This document shows positions 26,904 to 34,311 of a stretch of DNA of 43,714 nucleotides, in pieces. How positions within the stretch are numbered: position 1 is the first letter of the stretch; each line of letters starts with the position of its first letter. Source of the DNA: a virus; the IMG/VR virus record IMGVR_UViG_3300031920_000119, positions 1 through 43,714 of that record; one strand, given 5' to 3'. A model generated the notes under the pieces. It ran no database searches, had not been told where the DNA came from, and saw only the letters and a list, made by a program, of their open reading frames with translations. A program made the position numbers and the translations under genes.

Positions 26904-28223
26904 TCATTCGTCCACCTCGTCCCGTGCCGGTGGTGCGTCAGGGTCGGCATTTATGTCCGTTCCTATCGGTACCTGTGTGGCGTTCTGGTAAATCACGTCC
27001 CCACCTTCCACGTCGTCCCTGTTAGGTATCAATTCCCGCAGTTCGTTCGTAGTCTCGACACCAATGTCCTTACGTTTCTTTAACTCGTCAAGACGGCGCG
27101 CCTTGAGTGGTTGTAATGACTCCGGGTTATATGTTATCCTGGCCGATCCGAGTTCTATACCAAACCGCGGCAATAAAAACCGGGTAAGGCCCGCGAACAG
27201 TTTATCCGCATGAGGTAACACCGCAAAGTCGTATAGCATTTCGATTGCGGTTGTCATGTTATTGAATGTACTTGCTGTCGTGGTGATCAGTGGCAACGGG
27301 ATCTTATACCGGAAATATATCGACTGTGAGGCGATCTTGTCAAGTTCAACGTAATCCATGTCTTTGTTATTAACGCCCATTTCCTCGACTTTTTCAACAT
27401 CACCACCCGACATTACGCCGATCTTACCTGCGTTCTCTGGTCCGGCAAGTGTCTCATTGATTCGTTTTGTACGTTCCCTATGTGCGTCGTCATCTAATTG
27501 CTCGTCTTTGAATATTATCAAGAGCGACATACGGCCACCATTGTCAAGCATCTTGAGGTTATGAATGCGACCTTTGATCTGTTGATTTGTTTCGAGTGCA
27601 GCAGCCTGTATCGGGCTATCTGCCGATCCGTCCGTCGACATGCTGCTAAAACCCGCAATACGGTATAATTCTTTTAACGGTCCGTCATAATACCGATTGA
27701 TGTGCTGTTTTGCCAGTTCTACCGTGTATGTGCCCGTCGCTGTGCCCTGTCCGATATAATATACGTCAACGTATTCACTTCCGCCGGTTGTTACGCTGAC
27801 ACCTGTCGGTTTAACGGGAAAGACCTGTGATGGTGACAATGTTATCGCGCCCAGGCCGAAAAAATGTGTTTGATTTGTGAGCAGGTAATGTCGGGAGATC
27901 CTCGCCGCAAAGTCCGACCACGTCATATGCGCGTTGGGGCTATTGAGCAAATCGAGTACCGGGTGTTTTTCTATCATCGTTCCGTCTTCAAGCATTATAA
28001 CGGGTGTTATCTGCTCGAAACTATCCGCTATCATGTCCACAGCGGTGGCAATACTTGAGTTCTGCCGGTAAAACCCCATTGCTTTCTGTGGGGTTATCTT
28101 TTCACCGGTTAACGAGCATCCGAGGAAATCATTCGCGAGATTATCGAGTATTATACTCCTCGTGTTACCCTGTGACGCTTTAGTTTCTTTTGTCCATGGT
28201 AGTCGCCATTTCATCGTTAGCAC
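26904..28223 (-). CDS. portal protein (alternative start ATG 28214)
   Basis: 439 aa, downstream of TerL. The sequence has the general character of the phage portal family. Confidence 0.8.
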   Translation of the reverse strand: MLTMKWRLPWTKETKASQGNTRSIILDNLANDFLGCSLTGEKITPQKAMGFYRQNSSIATAVDMIADSFEQITPVIMLEDGTMIEKHPVLDLLNSPNAHMTWSDFAARISRHYLLTNQTHFFGLGAITLSPSQVFPVKPTGVSVTTGGSEYVDVYYIGQGTATGTYTVELAKQHINRYYDGPLKELYRIAGFSSMSTDGSADSPIQAAALETNQQIKGRIHNLKMLDNGGRMSLLIIFKDEQLDDDAHRERTKRINETLAGPENAGKIGVMSGGDVEKVEEMGVNNKDMDYVELDKIASQSIYFRYKIPLPLITTTASTFNNMTTAIEMLYDFAVLPHADKLFAGLTRFLLPRFGIELGSARITYNPESLQPLKARRLDELKKRKDIGVETTNELRELIPNRDDVEGGDVIYQNATQVPIGTDINADPDAPPARDEVDE

Positions 28224-28573
28224 CCGTCCTTTTCTCTATTAAATATTACAGGCTCGACTTTCATGTGCAGCATGAGTTTGATAATGTTTTGATTGAGGCA
28301 CCGTATTTCATCGAACGCTCGCCGGGTGTTCTCCGCCTCACGGTCCACATCGGATTTAACGACGCGAATATCTGTTTTGACCTGTTGCCTGTGCTCGATA
28401 CATGTAGAATTATCGATAAGATTTAACCCACCTTTTTCTAAGAACATAATATCTTTTATACTTGTGGTGACGTCCTCGACTTTTTCGACTCGGTACTTCA
28501 TAGCCGCAAAGACGCCCGCCATCGACGCGACGTATATACATACGTAAATCAGGTCTTTTAACTCGAATATCAT
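28217..28573 (-). CDS. hypothetical membrane protein (N-terminal TM helix plus coiled coil)
   Basis: LIYVCIYVASMAGVFAAM is a hydrophobic helix. The gene lies between TerL and portal and is coupled to TerL. Confidence 0.55.
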   Translation of the reverse strand: MIFELKDLIYVCIYVASMAGVFAAMKYRVEKVEDVTTSIKDIMFLEKGGLNLIDNSTCIEHRQQVKTDIRVVKSDVDREAENTRRAFDEIRCLNQNIIKLMLHMKVEPVIFNREKDGC

Positions 28574-30045
28574 TAGCTCACCATAAATTTACCGTGTTTG
28601 CTTAATTCAGTTAATGCCCATACAACCCAGTCAACCCTATTCGGGGATCTACCGTTACTTAAACCGGTTACCGGGTCAAAGTCAAGCATTTCATCCTCCA
28701 ATTTTGTTAAACCTGGTTTATGCTTTACAAATCCCTGCGCATACAGCGCCGCAATTGGTTCCGCACGGGCCACTTTACCCTTTGACGCATGTACACGTAT
28801 GATTTTACCTTTAAAGCCTGCATTACGCAGCGTATCCTCACACATATCCCCGCCCTGGTTTGTCTCAATTACTATGCCCGCGGCCTCAAGATATTCATAT
28901 AAATAGATCGCTGTATCTGCCCACTGCTTTGGTGTACCTTTTCGGGTCAGATCCATATCGACCGTGTATTTATCCGGGCCGTGATACGACGCAGCGCCGA
29001 CCCCGTGCTCGTCTGACGTCTTGCTGTTGCTCACCGCCGGATCGACCGCAATTATGGTACGTATGGGGGTGTTAAAAATACCAATCTGTGCATTGTTTAT
29101 ATCATCCTCTTGCCATATCATTAACTCGGCAATACGTTTCGGCGGGTCCTGCATGTTCTGGCTTGCATGTTTGCGCCTGTGAGCTTTCACGGCCACCTCA
29201 TGCTTTTCATTATGTTTAAACCGCCACAGCCACCCGTCAGGTAGTCCGTGCGGCATGAGTATGCCGTGCGTGTTTTCCTTTGGATACTTGTAACCTTCGT
29301 TGTCGATTATCATCGGCATACAAAGATGGTGCCACATCTCACCGCTGCCGCCTCTTAACAGGTACCCGGATAAATCATCCCAGTGTATCCGCTGCATGAT
29401 AACAACTATCGGGACGGACTCAACCGCGAGCCGGCTCGATACCGTTTCGTTATAATCAGTGTTGACGCCGCCCCGTTTGACTTCGGAATCCGCGTCGCCA
29501 GGTTTTAGGGGGTCATCTATGATCAGCGCGCCAGTGAATTTACCCTTCTGCATGTGTCCTGCTCGAAATCCAGTTACCTGGCCCCGAGTGGACGACGCAC
29601 GTACACCCCCGTTTTGTTCGGTCCACCATATTTTTTTAGATTTGGTGTCGTCTTTAGTTTGGACCGGCCACATATCTTGATACTCTTGACTATGTACGAG
29701 TTCCCTTGCAGACGCAGAGTTCTGTAACGCCAGGTCGCTCGAATATGACAGGTGCAGGAACCGACAGCGTGGATCTACGGCCAGACCCCGTGCCATATAA
29801 TTTATAGCGGCCATTTCCGTTTTTGTGTACCCTGGTGGCACATTAATAATCAATCGACTTATGTGCTGTGGGTCATCTGGGGATAACATGGTGCGGTCAA
29901 GTGCTGCCTGCATAACCGGATGGTGCTGCCCGATAGTCATTTTATTACCGAGGCGTTTTTTCATGAAATAGCGATTAAAATACAACCCGTCAAGCTCACA
30001 TTCGAGCTTTCGGGCTTCGGTTATCAGTGGGGGGTTAACAGTCAT
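28573..30045 (-). CDS. terminase large subunit
   Basis: 490 aa. Contains an ATPase Walker-like PPGYTKTE, an IIDDP Walker B and a C-terminal nuclease-like region (IIAVDPA...). Flanked by TerS and portal. Confidence 0.85.
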   Translation of the reverse strand: MTVNPPLITEARKLECELDGLYFNRYFMKKRLGNKMTIGQHHPVMQAALDRTMLSPDDPQHISRLIINVPPGYTKTEMAAINYMARGLAVDPRCRFLHLSYSSDLALQNSASARELVHSQEYQDMWPVQTKDDTKSKKIWWTEQNGGVRASSTRGQVTGFRAGHMQKGKFTGALIIDDPLKPGDADSEVKRGGVNTDYNETVSSRLAVESVPIVVIMQRIHWDDLSGYLLRGGSGEMWHHLCMPMIIDNEGYKYPKENTHGILMPHGLPDGWLWRFKHNEKHEVAVKAHRRKHASQNMQDPPKRIAELMIWQEDDINNAQIGIFNTPIRTIIAVDPAVSNSKTSDEHGVGAASYHGPDKYTVDMDLTRKGTPKQWADTAIYLYEYLEAAGIVIETNQGGDMCEDTLRNAGFKGKIIRVHASKGKVARAEPIAALYAQGFVKHKPGLTKLEDEMLDFDPVTGLSNGRSPNRVDWVVWALTELSKHGKFMVS

Positions 30046-30529
30046 CGTCTTTTAACATCTGTTTACGTATGGCGGCATATTGCCCTTTGTCGAGCACTGT
30101 CGCTGCAATGGGTGCGCCCTCTGGACCCGATAACTCTCTGGCCTGTCGGTCCACGAGGCCGAGTTCCTTGGCAATTATATTCTGGTTCAGCATGTCCGCT
30201 GCCGCGCCCGTCAATTTCTGTTGATAGATTACACCCTCAACGGCCCCGCATGTGTCCGCATACCCTGGCTTATCCCTGTAATTACGCCAGGTGTTATGCG
30301 TGACGCCGAGGAACGTACATAAACCGATAGTGGTCATGGCACGCATTTTCGGCACGTTCATGGTGCTGCCCATGCCCTGAAATTTTACGGTCTCAGCCGC
30401 TTGCAGGGGGTTATCTTCGACCCATTGGAAATATTCGCAACATGCGAGCCATAGATCCTCTGGTGTTGCAAATATCTTGTCAGGTGCCCCTGTTGCCCTG
30501 GCCATCCATGCCGGTATTTGCTCTTTCAT
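30035..30529 (-). CDS. terminase small subunit (start taken at MKEQIPAW)
   Basis: The pattern PDKIFATPEDLWLACCEYFQWVEDNPL is typical of TerS. SD GGAAGGA is present, and the ATG overlaps the upstream TAA (TAATG). The track ORF extends to 30547. Confidence 0.75.
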   Translation of the reverse strand: MKEQIPAWMARATGAPDKIFATPEDLWLACCEYFQWVEDNPLQAAETVKFQGMGSTMNVPKMRAMTTIGLCTFLGVTHNTWRNYRDKPGYADTCGAVEGVIYQQKLTGAAADMLNQNIIAKELGLVDRQARELSGPEGAPIAATVLDKGQYAAIRKQMLKDDDC

Positions 30530-32043
30530 TAGAAAAGTTCCTTCCACCTAAAAGATAGATCGTATGTGCCGTTTGTACCGACAGGGCTTGTGATAAAAAG
30601 TGTCATAATGTCCTCTGGTAGTAATTCAAGCTTTTGTTCTTCAAGATCTGTTATCAAAACCCTGTTAATTTTACCGAGAGGTAGTGAAAAATCGAGTATT
30701 CCCGACCCATAGGTAACAACCGCGTCGGTGGAATACTCAATAGTTGAGTCGTCGGTGTTCACATCCGTCCACGATGGCGTATTCGTTATTGTACTATTTC
30801 TCTCCAATTCCCATAACGATGACCTACTTAGATCCGTATTGAATGACAGCAACGTTAATACACTGTTTATATAATTAACCAACCCGGCAAACGCATCTTT
30901 ACTCCTAAACGTCACCACCATGAATACACCAGCGGTTATTGCCTGCTCTGTCTCTGCAAATGTAAAAAGCCGCGCCGCCGGATCTAAACCACCACCATCT
31001 GTTACGCCCGCGGAAAAACTGCCTATCTTAATAACCATATTGGTGTTATTTCCGGTGTTTTCGACTTCCCCCCGTGGTTGTAGGTTCGTATTCAGTATGT
31101 GCGTCTCTGTGGCGGTATTTGGGTACTCTATTCTATTAAGTTTTTGCCAACACCCGCATGGTGCCATTACTTCAAAATTTATTACCGCAAACCCCAGATA
31201 TCCAAAACTGATACGGTAAACATTACCTTTTGTGGGATCAAATATCCCGTCTACCGTATCAAAAACAGAGGACAAGTCAATACTTGTATTAAAATCAACC
31301 GCATCCCTGCGCCTCGTAACGCAAAAGTTAACACCTTCATACCCGATCAAAAACCCGTTTTCAGAATCGAAAATCCCCGCTCTTTGGGCACTGTCGGCTT
31401 TGGGTGTTGTAAATACAGTGGTGAAATTAGTAAAAGCCTCTTGACCTGGTAAATACCGCAATGCTTTTCTGTTCGATATGGCTGCCGCGCCTGCAACGTT
31501 GGTACTGGTCGCAAGGGTGAGCATCGAGTCCACCACTGTTATGGTGCCACCATTGGCGACCGCAGGATTTGCATTACCTGCCGGAAAACCATATTGAAAC
31601 TGGGCGGCAATGTCTGCCTTTCTTACGGCCGTAATTTTCTCACCGAAAACCGTATTTAATGACATTCGGTTCCGGGGGTCTATGTCGCTTACTGGTAGCG
31701 TTCCACTGTCTTCGGGTACTACCTTACCAAATGGGTCGCCGATGAACCCAAAACCTGAGTCAACGATCAGTGCGGCCATGGAACCCGGTAGGCTACACCG
31801 CGCGTAATATACGTCGTCAGGACCATCGGCACTGAATGGCTGTAATTTGCGCTTTACACCCAGTAAAAAATATGATTCGTTTTTATTGAACGTGATTTCT
31901 GTATCAGAATGGTTTATAAGCACCTGTCCGGCGCTTAAAGTTTCTTGCAGCCAGCACGTGCCACCCGCACCGGCTGCGGTTATAGGCGTCCAGTCATCAC
32001 CGTTTATGTCGTGCACCACTATAGCCACATGTTTACCCTCCAC
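30529..32043 (-). CDS. hypothetical 499-504-aa protein, first gene of the late operon (probable start GTG 32028)
   Basis: Long ORF. SD GGAGGG precedes the GTG at 32028, and no SD precedes 32043. The protein is predicted to be beta-rich, with no family recognised. Confidence 0.7.
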   Translation of the reverse strand: MEGKHVAIVVHDINGDDWTPITAAGAGGTCWLQETLSAGQVLINHSDTEITFNKNESYFLLGVKRKLQPFSADGPDDVYYARCSLPGSMAALIVDSGFGFIGDPFGKVVPEDSGTLPVSDIDPRNRMSLNTVFGEKITAVRKADIAAQFQYGFPAGNANPAVANGGTITVVDSMLTLATSTNVAGAAAISNRKALRYLPGQEAFTNFTTVFTTPKADSAQRAGIFDSENGFLIGYEGVNFCVTRRRDAVDFNTSIDLSSVFDTVDGIFDPTKGNVYRISFGYLGFAVINFEVMAPCGCWQKLNRIEYPNTATETHILNTNLQPRGEVENTGNNTNMVIKIGSFSAGVTDGGGLDPAARLFTFAETEQAITAGVFMVVTFRSKDAFAGLVNYINSVLTLLSFNTDLSRSSLWELERNSTITNTPSWTDVNTDDSTIEYSTDAVVTYGSGILDFSLPLGKINRVLITDLEEQKLELLPEDIMTLFITSPVGTNGTYDLSFRWKELF

Positions 32044-32139
32044 GTAAGGACATTAAATCTTTAAAGCTATACCGTTACACGGTGTACAGCGCCTTGTCAA
32101 GTGTTATTTTGATATGATGCTACCATGTTACCGATGTAC

Positions 32140-32180
32140 CGTGCCTGAAGGTAGTGGGGTCGGGCAGACCTTCGGGCACG
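32140..32180. repeat. 13-bp inverted repeat cgtgccTgaaggt / accttcGggcacg, with a third copy at 32295-32306
   Basis: The arms are at 32140-32152 and 32168-32180 with one G:T mismatch. cgtgcccgaagg at 32295-32306 is perfectly complementary to the right arm. Confidence 0.7.
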
Positions 32181-32430
32181 TATCCCGCTATCTTTTAACA
32201 CACTGTTTTTATTACCTTTATTACTCTTAGTTAGTTAGTTAAGACATAAACAAGAATATATATTAATAACAGATAGTTATAGATACAGGGAAATCGTGCC
32301 CGAAGGAATACAAGTCGCACAGAGAAAACATATATGTATAATATAGATAGCCGTGTATCCCTCCCACTATCTATGTGTATCCCGCTATCTATGTTACAAA
32401 CATATTATTCCTTAAGTAAGTTGTAGTGTG

Positions 32431-32492
32431 GTCGGGCATGTGGGCACGGGGGGGTAATAACCTCGTTGCTGTAGTGTGCCCACATGCCCGAC
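32431..32492. repeat. 17-bp perfect inverted repeat gtcgggcatgtgggcac / gtgcccacatgcccgac
   Basis: The arms are at 32431-32447 and 32476-32492 with a 28-nt loop. Each arm is preceded by gtagtgtg. Confidence 0.8.
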
Positions 32493-32531
32493 CCATCGGG
32501 CAGCATACTCCCTGTGTCGCTACATGGCGCC

Positions 32532-32601
32532 TATCCGTTTAAACATATTAAACTTGTATCCGTTTAAACATATTAAACTTGTATCCGTTTAAACATATTA
32601 A
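32532..32601 (+). repeat. three direct 25-bp-period iterons (tatccgtttaaacatattaa)
   Basis: Identical 20-mers at 32532, 32557 and 32582, each containing the palindrome gtttaaac, immediately upstream of a promoter. Confidence 0.85.
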
Positions 32602-32604
32602 CGC

Positions 32605-32633
32605 TTGACTTCTTTTTTTAAGTTGCGTATCTT
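32605..32633 (+). promoter_or_regulatory. sigma70-like promoter TTGACT-N17-TATCTT for the 32659 gene
   Basis: -35 at 32605-32610 and -10 at 32628-32633. SD aaGGGGGt precedes the ATG at 32659. Confidence 0.55.
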
Positions 32634-32693
32634 AGTTTAAAAAAGGGGGTATTTTTATATGGAACCGATACGCAACTTAAAAAAAGAAGTCAA
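32605..32693. repeat. 27-bp perfect inverted repeat spanning the promoter and codons 3-12 of the downstream gene
   Basis: The left arm at 32605-32631 (ttgacttctttttttaagttgcgtatc) is the exact reverse complement of 32667-32693. The 35-nt loop holds the SD and ATG. Confidence 0.9.
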
Positions 32694-33102
32694 AAGGATT
32701 TTATCAACAGTGTCAAACGGTGGAACCCTCGAAAATGCGAGATATTTATTGCAGGGCACTATCTCTGTGTACCAGATCCCACTCGATAGCGCAGATCCGA
32801 GAGTGAGGTACTTCTTAGAAACGGCAACAAACGCGCGTTTAGGGCGTGACTTCAGCGCACTATGTAACAGTGCTATAAACAACGGGGGTGATATGTTATC
32901 AACTTTACAAATAGCAGCTATGACAGGTCTTGAATTATCCACAGTTCAAAGACACGCAAAAGATTGTCCAGGTGCCAAACGTTTCGGGAATTCATGGGCG
33001 TTTAACAATAGCTCGGAAACGTGGGATTACTTCGGAAGGATAATTCCCCGTACCCGCCATCATGTGCCCCCGTACCCGCCGCCACCTTATGTAACTGGAT
33101 AG
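32659..33102 (+). CDS. putative HTH DNA-binding protein (147 aa)
   Basis: LSTLQIAAMTGLELSTVQRHAKD is a helix-turn-helix-like segment. This is the first early gene next to the iterons. It has a proline-rich C-terminus, PPYPPPPY. Confidence 0.55.
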   Translation: MEPIRNLKKEVKRILSTVSNGGTLENARYLLQGTISVYQIPLDSADPRVRYFLETATNARLGRDFSALCNSAINNGGDMLSTLQIAAMTGLELSTVQRHAKDCPGAKRFGNSWAFNNSSETWDYFGRIIPRTRHHVPPYPPPPYVTG

Positions 33103-33177
33103 CGGGCACGCGCACCACGTAGCGGGCAGTTTTATGCCGTGTAACTATATAGCGGGAAAATAAATATAAATAAAGTC

Positions 33178-33206
33178 TTGACGTAATTAAAAGATATGCG
33201 TATAAC
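33178..33206 (+). promoter_or_regulatory. sigma70-like promoter TTGACG-N17-TATAAC
   Basis: -35 at 33178-33183 and -10 at 33201-33206. It is flanked by TAGCGGG/CCCGCTA motif copies. Confidence 0.6.
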
Positions 33207-33279
33207 GGTTGTAACATCCCGCTACGTACCGCGGAAACGCGCCGACGATGACGGGAATAATAGATACAGGGGGTATAAT

Positions 33280-33495
33280 ATGTCAGAAACGATTAAATTG
33301 CGCGCATCGAATGCTAAAGAAGTTATTAATTCATTGTCAATTGCATTTAATAATCATAGGGAAATTACTTGTAAAATGGAAGGTGACAACGTGGCTTATG
33401 GTAAAATAACCGATATATGTGTTGATTACTTCACCACATCGGTTAATAAAGTACGGTTTTATTATAAGGACGTTCTGTCCGTTAATATGTATTAG
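33280..33495 (+). CDS. hypothetical protein (71 aa; start at MSETIKL)
   Basis: SD caGGGGGtataatATG downstream of the predicted promoter. The track start at 33196 lies inside the promoter. Confidence 0.55.
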   Translation: MSETIKLRASNAKEVINSLSIAFNNHREITCKMEGDNVAYGKITDICVDYFTTSVNKVRFYYKDVLSVNMY

Positions 33496-33507
33496 GGGTG
33501 CACCAGT

Positions 33508-33585
33508 ATGATACCAGATATATTATTAATAGTCGGGATTTTATGTTTATACGCAGCACATATAATACGGGAGACGACAGCATGA
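33508..33585 (+). CDS. 25-aa hydrophobic micro-ORF (MIPDILLIVGILCLYAAHIIRETTA)
   Basis: SD AGGGGTG lies 7 nt upstream. Its stop overlaps the ATG at 33582 (ATGA). Confidence 0.3.
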   Translation: MIPDILLIVGILCLYAAHIIRETTA

Positions 33586-33851
33586 TACATGAAGACAAAC
33601 ACCTTGAAAAACAGGCAGAAATATACCTGAAATTAAAACCGTTCATACGGCGATCAGGTAACCGGTTAATTTGGGACCCACAGACCGACGTGGTATTCGC
33701 ACCCACATTCGAGCAGTTCCTCGCGTTGCAGGACCGTCCGGTACTGACAGAGCGTTGTCACCCTGAACGAATATTCCCGATATACTCACAAGAGATAGGG
33801 CGCGCATTACGTGACGGCCAGACGGAAACGGTAGCAGGTGAGGACAAATGA
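33582..33851 (+). CDS. hypothetical protein (89 aa; start at MIHEDKH)
   Basis: SD GGGAGAcgacagcATG. The track ORF starts at 33498 with GTG. Confidence 0.55.
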   Translation: MIHEDKHLEKQAEIYLKLKPFIRRSGNRLIWDPQTDVVFAPTFEQFLALQDRPVLTERCHPERIFPIYSQEIGRALRDGQTETVAGEDK

Positions 33852-34108
33852 CGCGCAGAGGCCCGAAGTTAAAACCAAACCGTAAGGTGCCATATGGCAC
33901 CAGGCTCCGGCCGGATCAAATTGCATGGTTACGTAAACAGGGTCCACGTGCCGCCGCTCATGAGATCGAACGGGCACTTGACATGCGTATACATTATCTG
34001 TTACGGCCGGTTGAACTGCGGTGGTCAAGTAAAACCGCCCAGGAACGTATGATCGCCCGTAAAAAACCAGGCTGCGGCCGGTGGGGTAAGAATAAGGGGG
34101 TAATATAA
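33848..34108 (+). CDS. hypothetical basic protein, possibly RHH-like DNA-binding
   Basis: ATGA coupling to the upstream gene. The RHH call rests on the pattern YGTRLRPDQIAWLRKQG..AAHEIERALD and is weak. Confidence 0.5.
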   Translation: MTRRGPKLKPNRKVPYGTRLRPDQIAWLRKQGPRAAAHEIERALDMRIHYLLRPVELRWSSKTAQERMIARKKPGCGRWGKNKGVI

Positions 34109-34122
34109 TACGCAGGGATTTT

Positions 34123-34311
34123 TTGAAATTATCAGTATTGACGGTCGGTTCATTACTCGTCGGAATAGGTGCACCGAAAGCGCTCACCGTGAAAGACGCG
34201 ACGATACCACTCCCAGACGGTGGATATTGCCGAGGAAATGGTAAACCATCTGTGTGTTACATCACCGACCCGACAGCACCAGGAACCACCATCCCGGTCA
34301 TAGCCGGGTAA
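34123..34311 (+). CDS. possible small secreted protein (62 aa, TTG start)
   Basis: Signal-like N-terminus MKLSVLTVGSLLVGIGA. It overlaps the 3' end of the convergent primase gene by 55 nt. Confidence 0.2.
   Translation: MKLSVLTVGSLLVGIGAPKALTVKDATIPLPDGGYCRGNGKPSVCYITDPTAPGTTIPVIAG

Noticed and set aside
32069-32097. A leftward TTGACA box at 32097-32092 as the late promoter.
   Set aside because: No acceptable -10 lies at 16-18 nt spacing; the candidates are taacgg at 17 nt and tatagc at 23 nt. The late promoter is left unassigned.
33058-33102. The PPYPPPPY C-terminus of the 147-aa HTH protein as a PY or WW-ligand motif.
   Set aside because: It is a short proline-rich tail in a bacterial virus with no supporting context, so it is treated as low-complexity sequence.
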